This document shows positions 7,897 to 16,053 of a DNA stretch of 41,031 nucleotides, one piece after another. Within the stretch, counting starts at the first letter, position 1. Each line of letters opens with the position of its first letter. A model generated the notes under the pieces. That model was not told the origin of the DNA. It did not search any database and saw only the letters and a program-made list of their open reading frames with translations. The position numbers and the translations under genes are program-made. Source of the DNA: Lysobacterales bacterium. GTDB taxonomy: Bacteria > Pseudomonadota > Gammaproteobacteria > Xanthomonadales > SZUA-38. The stretch lies in the NCBI GenBank assembly GCA_033722075.1, contig JAWVZU010000003.1, forward strand, positions 1-41,031. Reading direction: 5' to 3'.

Positions 7897-10056
7897 GTGA
7901 ACAGGTATCGAGACAGCAGCGCCCGGCCCAGACTGCTCATCGTGGACCACGACCCACGGATGCTCGAGCAGATCAGCGATACCCTTCGGGAAGACGATTA
8001 CGAGGTCTTCGACGCCGCCAGCGGCGAGGGGGCCCTTGCCCAGTTCGCCAAGGTCCACCCTGATCTCCTCATCCTCGACACGGCATTGCCGAACATGGAC
8101 GGCTTCCAGGTCTGCGAGCAGCTGCGGGCCGATCCGTCCGGAGAAAACCTGCCTATCCTCATGCTCACCGGAGCCAACGACCGGGAGTCCGTAAAACGCG
8201 CCTATGATGCGGGCGCCACCGACTACTTCGCGAAGTCGACCAATCTGGCCCTGCTGCCGCACCGCGTTCGCTACATCCTGCGCGCCAGCGAGGTCTATTC
8301 GGAGCTGAAGGAGAGTCAGGCGCGACTTTCGAACGCCGAGCGTATTGCGCACCTGGGCAACTGGCACCTGAACATCGAGACCGGCGAGCTGCAGTGGTCC
8401 GCCGAGGTTTATCGCATCTTCGGACGGCTGCCCAGCGAAACGGTCCTCACCTACGATTATTTCTTTTCCCACGTACACCCGGACGACCAGGAGCTGGTCC
8501 AGGATGCGGTCGGCCGGGCGCTGGAAAACGGGACGCCTTTTCGGATCGAACACCGGGTGCTGCGCGCGGACGACAGCGTGGGCATCGTCCAGCAGCTGGG
8601 CGAAGTCGTCCTGGGTGAAGACGGCACGGCCATCGGCATGGACGGCACCATCCAGGATGTCACTGCCCAGAAACAGGCCGAGGAGAAGGTCCGCAACCTG
8701 GCCTATTTCGATCCATTGACCGGCCTGGGCAATCGCCAGCTCTTCACCGAGCGACTGGCCGAGGCGATCAGCCAGACCAAGCGTCGTCGCTCACGGCTCG
8801 GCGTGATGTTCTTCGACCTGGACAAGTTCAAGGCGGTCAACGACACCCTGGGACACGCCACCGGCGACGAATTGCTCAGACAGGTGGGCAAGCGCCTCCG
8901 CACCTGCATCCGGGAAACCGACTGGATCGCGCGCAACGAAGGGGCCGAACTCGCCCGTCTGGGCGGCGACGAATTCACGGTCATCCTGACCGATCTGGAG
9001 AAATCGCAGGATGCCGCCGTCGTAGCCGAACGGATCCGGGAGCAGCTGGCCGAACCGTTCCTGATCGATGGTCAGGAAGTCGGCGTCTCGACCAGCATCG
9101 GGATCTCGATCTACCCGAACGACGGGCAGGACGCGAATACGCTCGTGACCCACGCCGACGTCGCCATGTACCAGAGCAAGACCAACGGCGGCAACCAGTA
9201 TTGCTACTACACGGCCTCCATGAGCGAGAAGATCAAGGCGCGCATGGACATGATCGACCGCTTGCGGGACGCGGTCGAGAACGGTTATCTCAGTCTTCGC
9301 TATCAGCCCATCGTCGCCCTGGAGAGCGGGCGTCTCGTCGGGGTCGAGGCGCTGGTCCGATGGTATGACGAAAAGCTCGGTGCGGTGCCTCCCGCCGAGT
9401 TCATCCCGCTGGCCGAAGAGACCGGCCTGATCATGGGCATCGGTGAATGGGTCCTGGAGCAAGGTTGCCGCCAGCTGGTCGCCCTGGAGAAAAAGACCGG
9501 CCAGCAACTGAGCCTGTCCGTGAATCTGTCGCCCTTTCAGTTCAGTCGCACGGATCTGGTCTCCGCCGTCTTCTCGGTGCTCGAGAAGACCGGCCTGGAG
9601 CCCGGCAATCTGCAGCTGGAGATCAGCGAAGGGCTGATCATGGCCGACATCGAGGGTTCCGGGACGGTCCTGCAGACACTGACCGAAAAAGGCATTACCG
9701 TCCTGGTCGACGATTTCGGCACCGGGAATACATCACTCCAGGGTCTTGCACGACTGCCTCTCAACTCGCTGAAGGTCGACCGCCGCTTCGTTCAACAGAT
9801 CGGGCAGTCCCAGTTCCACGAAACTCTCATCACGACCATTATCGCGATGGCCAGGGCGCTTGGGCTGAAGGTGGTTGCAGAAGGCCTGGAATCCGAAGCG
9901 CAGCTCAGGTTCATGCGTGCCCAGGGTTGCCAACTCGGCCAGGGCTACCTGTTGGCGCGCCCCATGGCGGTGCGACAACTGGAAGAACTGCTACAGTCCG
10001 GCGACCCCACCCTGGGGTCGGAGGAGCAACCCGCCGCCACCGGCATCGCTCGCTGA
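7897..10056 (+). CDS. response-regulator receiver / PAS / GGDEF / EAL c-di-GMP signalling protein
   Basis: GTG start. REC domain: LLIVDHDP...DLLILDTALPNMDG. PAS domain: IAHLGNWHLNIETGELQWSAEVYRIFG. GGDEF domain: RLGGDEFTVIL. EAL domain: VEALVRW, DDFGTGNTSL. Confidence 0.93.
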   Translation: MNRYRDSSARPRLLIVDHDPRMLEQISDTLREDDYEVFDAASGEGALAQFAKVHPDLLILDTALPNMDGFQVCEQLRADPSGENLPILMLTGANDRESVKRAYDAGATDYFAKSTNLALLPHRVRYILRASEVYSELKESQARLSNAERIAHLGNWHLNIETGELQWSAEVYRIFGRLPSETVLTYDYFFSHVHPDDQELVQDAVGRALENGTPFRIEHRVLRADDSVGIVQQLGEVVLGEDGTAIGMDGTIQDVTAQKQAEEKVRNLAYFDPLTGLGNRQLFTERLAEAISQTKRRRSRLGVMFFDLDKFKAVNDTLGHATGDELLRQVGKRLRTCIRETDWIARNEGAELARLGGDEFTVILTDLEKSQDAAVVAERIREQLAEPFLIDGQEVGVSTSIGISIYPNDGQDANTLVTHADVAMYQSKTNGGNQYCYYTASMSEKIKARMDMIDRLRDAVENGYLSLRYQPIVALESGRLVGVEALVRWYDEKLGAVPPAEFIPLAEETGLIMGIGEWVLEQGCRQLVALEKKTGQQLSLSVNLSPFQFSRTDLVSAVFSVLEKTGLEPGNLQLEISEGLIMADIEGSGTVLQTLTEKGITVLVDDFGTGNTSLQGLARLPLNSLKVDRRFVQQIGQSQFHETLITTIIAMARALGLKVVAEGLESEAQLRFMRAQGCQLGQGYLLARPMAVRQLEELLQSGDPTLGSEEQPAATGIAR

Positions 10057-10063
10057 TTGACGC

Positions 10064-11215
10064 GTGACCAGGAATCCAATCGGTCAAAACAGTCGTCGCA
10101 AAATTCGTGTCCTGATCCTCACCAAACGCCGCTACATGCGGCGAGACCTGCTCGACGACCGCTACGGCAGAATGTGGCACTTGCCGCTCGGCCTGGCGAA
10201 GAAGGGAATGTCCGTCGAGGGCGCCTGCGTTGGCTACGCAGGATCTCCGGGTCAAAGGGATCAGTTACGGGAATCATTCAGTTCAGGAGGCGAACTCCGC
10301 CTCAGCGCCGTGCGTACGCCAATCTACAATGGTCTTTCCTGGTTCCGTCTCCACCGCCAGTTGAAAGAGACGGTAGCGCGCTTTCGGCCCGATCTGATCT
10401 ACGCATTTTCGGATGCGCTACACATTGTCCTGGGCGCTTTGCTGTCGCGAGGCACAGGCCTACCCTTTGCCGCCGACTTCTATGACAACTACGAGGCCTA
10501 CGGAGCGACCCGATTTCCAGGAGTCAGGTCTGCGCTGGCATGGGCGACAAAAAGAGCCGACTTCGTCACCTGTGTCAGCGACCCGCTGCGACAATTCCTG
10601 GTGGAGAAGTATGGACCACGAGCCTCTTCCATCCTCGTGATCGAAAATGGTGTCCACCCGGATTTTTTCTCCCCGACTGACAAGGCAGATGCGCGGACGA
10701 AACTCGGCCTTCCGCCCGCCGCAAAACTGATCGGAACTGCGGGCGCCCTGTCGTCCTCCCGGGACACCGATAGCCTTTTGGAGGCTTTTTTCCAGTTGGC
10801 CCAGACTACGCCCGATCTCAGGCTCGTGTTGGCGGGCAAGTGCGAGCTCAGACTGCCACAACATGAAAGGATCCATTATCTCGGGGATCTCGACCATTCC
10901 CGAATTCCCATTCTCTTCCGTGCGCTGGATGTCGGCGTCGTCGGCGTTAAAGATGATGCATTCGGTCGTTATTGTTTTCCTCAGAAGGCCGCGGAGATGG
11001 CAGCATCCAAACTCCCGATCGTCATTGCCGATGTTGGGGTCATGGCTTCAAGTGCCGCCGACGCCTGGGGGCGCCGCTACGAAACCGGAGATATGCTGTC
11101 ATTGACGCAAGCGATCAGTTCGCAGCTTGGCGAACCTGCGAGACCGAACTGGACACCAAGAACCTGGGAAGAACTGGCAGATATCCTTGCCACCGAGCTG
11201 ACGAAACTCGTATAG
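10064..11215 (+). CDS. glycosyltransferase family 4 (GT-B fold)
   Basis: The 383-aa product has KIRVLILTKRRYM...GRMWHLPLGLAKKGMSV at the N-terminus and a C-terminal GT1/GT4-type nucleotide-sugar domain (LIGTAGALSSSRD, FPQKAAEMAASKLPIV). This is the first gene of the low-GC block. Confidence 0.85.
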   Translation: MTRNPIGQNSRRKIRVLILTKRRYMRRDLLDDRYGRMWHLPLGLAKKGMSVEGACVGYAGSPGQRDQLRESFSSGGELRLSAVRTPIYNGLSWFRLHRQLKETVARFRPDLIYAFSDALHIVLGALLSRGTGLPFAADFYDNYEAYGATRFPGVRSALAWATKRADFVTCVSDPLRQFLVEKYGPRASSILVIENGVHPDFFSPTDKADARTKLGLPPAAKLIGTAGALSSSRDTDSLLEAFFQLAQTTPDLRLVLAGKCELRLPQHERIHYLGDLDHSRIPILFRALDVGVVGVKDDAFGRYCFPQKAAEMAASKLPIVIADVGVMASSAADAWGRRYETGDMLSLTQAISSQLGEPARPNWTPRTWEELADILATELTKLV

Positions 11216-11248
11216 CGCGCCTGGCTACGATCAATCCTGACAAGCGGG

Positions 11249-12043
11249 CTAGGTTCTGAGTTTCTTACGCCTTTCCAGCCAGACGGCTGCGTGCTTGTAG
11301 TGTGGATAGAAGGCCCACCATAAACCATGCAGGAAACGGTCAACGGGTCCCGTAGCGTTGCGCTCGTGAACGCGTTTTTCTTCGTATATTCGATCCATGA
11401 TCTGTAGTGAGCTGATGCCTTGATCACCCATAACCGAAACCGTGATCTCCGGAATGACCCGCGCTGTTGCGCCGGCATGGTATGCGCGCAGGAAGAAATC
11501 GTAGTCCATGTCGATGCGGTATCCCGTGTCGTACAGACCAATGCGGTCGAAAAGTGATTTACGGATGAATGCGCCCTGGTGGTGAAATGGAATCTTATAG
11601 CGAGTCCACGGACCGAATCCTCGTGAGCGCATCAATTTCCCGGACTCTTTCGGCCCATACCATACGGAGCCGGCTACGATTTCGGAACCATCGAGGTACC
11701 GCTGCATGCTACACAAGACATCCGCGTCCCAGAGATAATCGTCGGCATTCAGAAAAAGAAGATATTTTCCGCTGGCCGCGTGAATCCCCTTGTTCATCGC
11801 ATCGGCGATGCCATCGTCCGGTTCGGAAATAACGCGACTCAGAAGGGATGCATACCGGTTGATCAAGGCGGGAGTCGAGTCGGTGGACAGGCCATCGACG
11901 ATAATGGACTCAAAACACGCATCGCGCTGGCGATCCAGCGACTCGAGTGTTCTTCCGAGCGTTGTCGCCGCGTTCTTGCACACGGTGATTGTCGTTATCA
12001 AAGGGGTAGACACCAGGAGTTCGGTTGCTCTTGCCCGTGGCAA
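11249..12043 (-). CDS. glycosyltransferase family 2
   Basis: ITTITVCKNAATTLGRTLESLDRQ...IIVDGLSTDST...FLNADD matches the GT-A fold signature with a DxD-like NADD. The start is uncertain: either the track's TTG at 12043 or GTG at 12013. Confidence 0.85.
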   Translation of the reverse strand: MPRARATELLVSTPLITTITVCKNAATTLGRTLESLDRQRDACFESIIVDGLSTDSTPALINRYASLLSRVISEPDDGIADAMNKGIHAASGKYLLFLNADDYLWDADVLCSMQRYLDGSEIVAGSVWYGPKESGKLMRSRGFGPWTRYKIPFHHQGAFIRKSLFDRIGLYDTGYRIDMDYDFFLRAYHAGATARVIPEITVSVMGDQGISSLQIMDRIYEEKRVHERNATGPVDRFLHGLWWAFYPHYKHAAVWLERRKKLRT

Positions 12044-12286
12044 CGTGTCCTTCGAAGCTTACCTTCAGAGGATCGGCTGCGCGAGCATACAGGTCAAGCA
12101 ACGAGGCCCATCCCCGCCCCGCTATTGACCCGCACTCTTGGCCAAGCATAAAGTAACGAGCATGGTCGACGCACCGCACCCCAGACCAGTCAATACCACC
12201 TTGGTTCGCGAAGCCACTTCCAGGCCTGATCGCTGAGCTGACCAACGGCCGGGCTTTTCAACAATCAGTCGCCTAAGCTGATCGGA

Positions 12287-13705
12287 ATGACCAGCACATT
12301 GCTGAAAATGGGCCGGGCCACCATCGGCCTGCTGCGATTCAAGGCGTTCGATACTGACACCGAGGACGGTCGCTCCCAGGAGCGAAATCGCCTGATTGCC
12401 TGGACTGCCGTGACAGCTGCCGCCGCAAAGGCGGCATCGCTCACGGCGATGTTGATCTCGGTGCCCCTGACGGTCGGTTATCTCGGTCCGGAACGGTTCG
12501 GCCTATGGATGACAGTGGCCGCAGTCGTCGGAATGCTTGGATTCGCCGACTTCGGGCTTGGGAACGGCATCCTGAACGCGGTTTCTCACGACAAGGGCCG
12601 GAACGATTACAGCGGCATCCATCGGAGTGTGTCAAACGGCATATTGATGCTCACTCTCATCAGCCTGCTGATCCTGGCCATTTTTTGTCTCGTCCTTCCG
12701 CTGATACCCTGGCCAGCGGTCTTCAATGTGAAAACCGAACTGGCGGCCCGCGAGACCGAACCGGTTGTCATCGTTCTCGCAGCGTGTTTTGTCGCAACCC
12801 TCCCCCTCGGTGCAACACACAAGATTCAGCTAGGCCTGCAACAGGGCTACTGGGGTAACCTTTGGGAAGCTGCCGGCAGCCTGGCAGGCCTGATCGGTAT
12901 CATCATTGCTACGCTGCTCGAAGCCGGCCTGCCGTGGATCGCGCTTGCCACGGCAGGAGCTCCCGTAGTCTTCAGGGCAGTCAACACTTTCGTGTTTTTC
13001 AGTTATCAGGAACGCGCCCTCCGACCGAACCTGAGTCATATCGACCCTATCGCAATCCTGCGACTGCTGCGTGCCGGCGGACTTTTTTTTGCCCTGCAGC
13101 TCGCCGTAATAGTCGGTTTCCAATCCGACCACATCATCATCGCTCGAATAATCGACGTTTCGGTTGTGGCCGGCTACGACGTAGCGCTGAAACTTTCGAC
13201 ACTGCCTTCGTTGTTCATCGGGCTTATCGTTGTTGCTCAGTGGCCCGCCTATGGAGAGGCATTGAGGCGAGGCGATGCCAGATGGATTCGTACGACATTC
13301 ATCCGGACGGTCAGGCTCAGCATGCTTTTCGGAATTCCCTACGCGCTCGTCCTGCTCGTCTGGGGCGACTGGCTCATCAAAATTTGGGCTGGGCCCGAGG
13401 TCGTGCCGTCGACCGGACTGCTTATTGGCATCGCTATCTGGTCCGTACTGGCGACTCTCGGCACAGTGATAGCCGCACTCCTGAACGGGCTGCACGTGGT
13501 CAAATTTCAAGCGATCAACTCCCTGCTGATGGCAACAGCGAACATTCTCCTTTCAATCTACCTGGTCGGGAAAATCGGCGCTGTCGGAGCAATTTTCGGA
13601 ACGATAATATCGTACACCATCTTCACGCTCTTCCCGTGCTGGTATTATATTTCACACCGCGTAAGCGTATTTCAACCCACCGCACCGGAAAGCGAGACAG
13701 CGTGA
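12287..13705 (+). CDS. Wzx-type oligosaccharide/polysaccharide flippase (PST/MOP family)
   Basis: The 472-aa product is a polytopic membrane protein with about 12 or more hydrophobic helices. The N-terminal region is typical of O-antigen flippases. It sits inside the glycosyltransferase cluster. Confidence 0.8.
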   Translation: MTSTLLKMGRATIGLLRFKAFDTDTEDGRSQERNRLIAWTAVTAAAAKAASLTAMLISVPLTVGYLGPERFGLWMTVAAVVGMLGFADFGLGNGILNAVSHDKGRNDYSGIHRSVSNGILMLTLISLLILAIFCLVLPLIPWPAVFNVKTELAARETEPVVIVLAACFVATLPLGATHKIQLGLQQGYWGNLWEAAGSLAGLIGIIIATLLEAGLPWIALATAGAPVVFRAVNTFVFFSYQERALRPNLSHIDPIAILRLLRAGGLFFALQLAVIVGFQSDHIIIARIIDVSVVAGYDVALKLSTLPSLFIGLIVVAQWPAYGEALRRGDARWIRTTFIRTVRLSMLFGIPYALVLLVWGDWLIKIWAGPEVVPSTGLLIGIAIWSVLATLGTVIAALLNGLHVVKFQAINSLLMATANILLSIYLVGKIGAVGAIFGTIISYTIFTLFPCWYYISHRVSVFQPTAPESETA

Positions 13706-14808
13706 AAGTCCTCTATGACTCTCAAGTGTTCGCCAACCAGTTCTACGGTGGAATATCACGTTATTTCGTTGAGCTGGCAAAGCGATTGGCTTATTCAGAC
13801 GGGATGAGTGTGCAGGTATTCGCACCATTCCACATCAACCATTATCTGAGTGAATTGGACCAGGAAATAGTCTTTGGAAAACAGATAAGAAAATCACCCA
13901 GGAGACTCATCAAGCTGCTCAAACTCTATAACTTCCTGGCTACTCGGCGTCGGGTCAACATAGTAGAGCCTGATATCCTGCATGAGACCTATTTCTCCAG
14001 AGCACACGTAGCGCTTCGATACAAACAGGCACGTGTCTTGACCGTTTACGACATGATTCATGAACTCTATCCGGAGTCTTTCTCAACATGGGACAGGACC
14101 GCAAGAGATAAGCGCGTGGCGGTCGACAGGGCCGATCACGTCATTTGCATTTCCGAAAACACCCGGCGTGACTTGCTGAACATCCTCAATGTGCCCAGTT
14201 CGAAGGTTTCGGTTGTTCACCTTGGCTTCGATTCGCAGCAAGCGCTGGAAGAAACCCCGGTGACGCCGGCGATCCAAGAACCGTATCTACTGTATGTAGG
14301 TAGCCGAGAGGGATACAAGAACTTTCCACGTCTGCTGGAGGCCTATGCAAGCAGCGAGCCGTTGCATCGAGATTATCGCCTTGTTTGTTTCGGTGGGGGA
14401 TGCTTTACGAATTCAGAGAAACAGCTATTCAGGGACCTTGACCTCGCCGACGACAGGGTGCTCTGGATGGGCGGCAGCGACGCCGTGCTGATGGGGCTTT
14501 ACCAACACGCGACCGCATTTTTGTACCCTTCGCTTTATGAAGGCTTCGGCATCCCGCCACTGGAGGCTATGGCCCATGATTGTCCCGTGATCTGCAGCAA
14601 AGGCAGTTCGATCTCGGAAGTCGTGGGCCATGCAGGCGAATTCTTCGATCCCCATGATAGCGGCGAAATCGCTTGCGCCATCGAGAACGTCATCGGCTCG
14701 CCCACCCGGGCTGAGGAACTCCGATCCTCCGGTCGAAAGCGATTGAAATCCTTCACATGGGAAAAGTGCGCCGCTCGTACGCGTGAGGTGTACTCTTCCC
14801 TGCTATGA
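13702..14808 (+). CDS. glycosyltransferase family 4 (mannosyltransferase-like)
   Basis: GTG at 13702 overlaps the flippase stop (GTGA). The product starts VKVLYDSQVFANQFYGGISRYFVELAKRL and contains PSLYEGFGIPPLEAMAHDCPVICS, the E-x7-E GT4 motif region. The upstream 280 codons of the track ORF overlap the flippase in another frame and were discarded. Confidence 0.88.
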   Translation: MKVLYDSQVFANQFYGGISRYFVELAKRLAYSDGMSVQVFAPFHINHYLSELDQEIVFGKQIRKSPRRLIKLLKLYNFLATRRRVNIVEPDILHETYFSRAHVALRYKQARVLTVYDMIHELYPESFSTWDRTARDKRVAVDRADHVICISENTRRDLLNILNVPSSKVSVVHLGFDSQQALEETPVTPAIQEPYLLYVGSREGYKNFPRLLEAYASSEPLHRDYRLVCFGGGCFTNSEKQLFRDLDLADDRVLWMGGSDAVLMGLYQHATAFLYPSLYEGFGIPPLEAMAHDCPVICSKGSSISEVVGHAGEFFDPHDSGEIACAIENVIGSPTRAEELRSSGRKRLKSFTWEKCAARTREVYSSLL

Positions 14809-14845
14809 ACCAGATGAATACTGGGGAGCAATCGGGCGGACCGTG

Positions 14846-15649
14846 CTAAATGGATTTGGATTTCTCAATCTGGCGCACATGATCCTTCCATACGCCGCGC
14901 GCCGGAAGCATTACGATGATTCCTCGAACCAGGCGACAGACTATTCTGCTCAACACGAACCTCGCCACCAACCGCTTCAGCGCCGAAGATTGCCTTAGAA
15001 AGAGAATGAAGCCGCCGCTGAATATCGCCGAATAACCGTGTTTCTCAGCAATCTGGCGCAAGGCTTCCCCAGAGTAGAAGAAAACATGTTGGCCGGATTG
15101 AGGTGCCAGATACCACCAGTTCTCATCCTGCTGCGAATAGATCTCGGTGCTGAATAGCAGCGCATTCGGATCGTATCGAAACAGATCTTCCATATCATCC
15201 CTGGGATTCACCAGGTGCTCGATCAACTCGAAACAGATCAGCAAATCAGGCTTGTCGAAATCCGGCTCGGTAAATCCCTGAGCATAGGTCGGAACAGCGT
15301 ACTTGTCCTTTACGAAGCAATTGATTTCGTGGTCACGGAGCATTCTGCACAGCAAGCCATCGCCACCCCCGATATCTATGGCATTCCTGAGGTTGAAAAG
15401 TTTCGACAACGCAAAACAGGCTGCCATATTGTGGATGTTGCGCTGCGCTGCGCCGGTATCCATGATTGACAGGTTTCTGTTTTCGTAGGCCTCCTCCATC
15501 CAGAAGGGAAATTCCGTCTGAAGAGAACCGCAGTTGCCACACTCGAAGTACCGGACGTCATACGCTCCAAGCACTCGCAGGTCGAATCGGTACGATAACG
15601 GCCCATCGCATAGTCGACATTCGTGATATTTCTTGTCGCTGGCGAGCAT
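14846..15649 (-). CDS. class I SAM-dependent methyltransferase with N-terminal 4-Cys zinc ribbon
   Basis: ATG at 15649. The zinc ribbon is CRLCDG...CGNCGS. The SAM motif I is IDIGGGDGLLCRML. The gene converges on the second GT4 gene. Confidence 0.8.
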   Translation of the reverse strand: MLASDKKYHECRLCDGPLSYRFDLRVLGAYDVRYFECGNCGSLQTEFPFWMEEAYENRNLSIMDTGAAQRNIHNMAACFALSKLFNLRNAIDIGGGDGLLCRMLRDHEINCFVKDKYAVPTYAQGFTEPDFDKPDLLICFELIEHLVNPRDDMEDLFRYDPNALLFSTEIYSQQDENWWYLAPQSGQHVFFYSGEALRQIAEKHGYSAIFSGGFILFLRQSSALKRLVARFVLSRIVCRLVRGIIVMLPARGVWKDHVRQIEKSKSI

Positions 15650-15898
15650 TTCTCTTCAGCTGAGTGACATTTGCGGCCTACTGCTTCGATCCCTAACTGG
15701 ACCAGCTCATGGTCGTGGTGCTCCGCGAGCAATCGGCGGCCGTTGGACCCTCACGGAGCACCATCATAGTGGAAATGGTAGCTCTGTCGGGGTCGTGAGC
15801 CGCTGTGGACTACTACCGTCGAAAACTTCAGTTCAGGAAAGGAATGGTAGCAGGTATGATGCGCAGCCAGACCAATATGCTTCAAGCGCCAGCACGTT

Positions 15899-15982
15899 GC
15901 CCGGGTGGCGAAATTGGTAGACGCAAGGGACTTAAAATCCCTCGGCTTAACGGCCGTGCCGGTTCGAGTCCGGCCCCGGGCA
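15899..15982 (+). tRNA. tRNA-Leu (anticodon TAA)
   Basis: Hand-folded cloverleaf. Acceptor GCCCGGG/CCCGGGC, anticodon stem AGGGA/TCCCT with loop CTTAAAA. Long variable arm CGGC-ttaacg-GCCG. T arm GCCGG-TTCGAGT-CCGGC. Discriminator A. CCA is not encoded. Confidence 0.93.
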
Positions 15983-16053
15983 TTCATTTGGATACCCACC
16001 CGTACCCCATGACTTTTTCTTGGAATTCATGGGCTTTGCGTTACTATCTCAAA

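Noticed and set aside
7479-7940. 153-aa reverse-strand ORF between the arginase and GGDEF-EAL genes
   Set aside because: Its product looks like antisense filler and it would overlap the GGDEF-EAL start. The plus-strand 92-aa ORF has a better Shine-Dalgarno sequence and composition. Neither ORF is proven.
12862-13701. 280-codon upstream extension of the second GT4 ORF
   Set aside because: It overlaps the flippase gene in a different frame with an Arg/Pro-rich nonsense-like product. The GTG at 13702 overlapping the flippase stop gives a typical GT4 N-terminus.
10057-15982. Classical tRNA-targeted integrative island (integrase plus att direct repeats) at tRNA-Leu
   Set aside because: There is no integrase, excisionase or transposase gene. 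I could find no copy of the tRNA-Leu 3' end near 10.06 kb. The island also lies 5' of the tRNA rather than at its 3' end. I therefore report only a compositional anomaly.
15805-16053. N-terminal 83 codons of the 800-aa track ORF for the mechanosensitive channel
   Set aside because: This extension reads straight through tRNA-Leu (15899-15982). A signal-peptide-like start at 16054 (or 16009) fits better.
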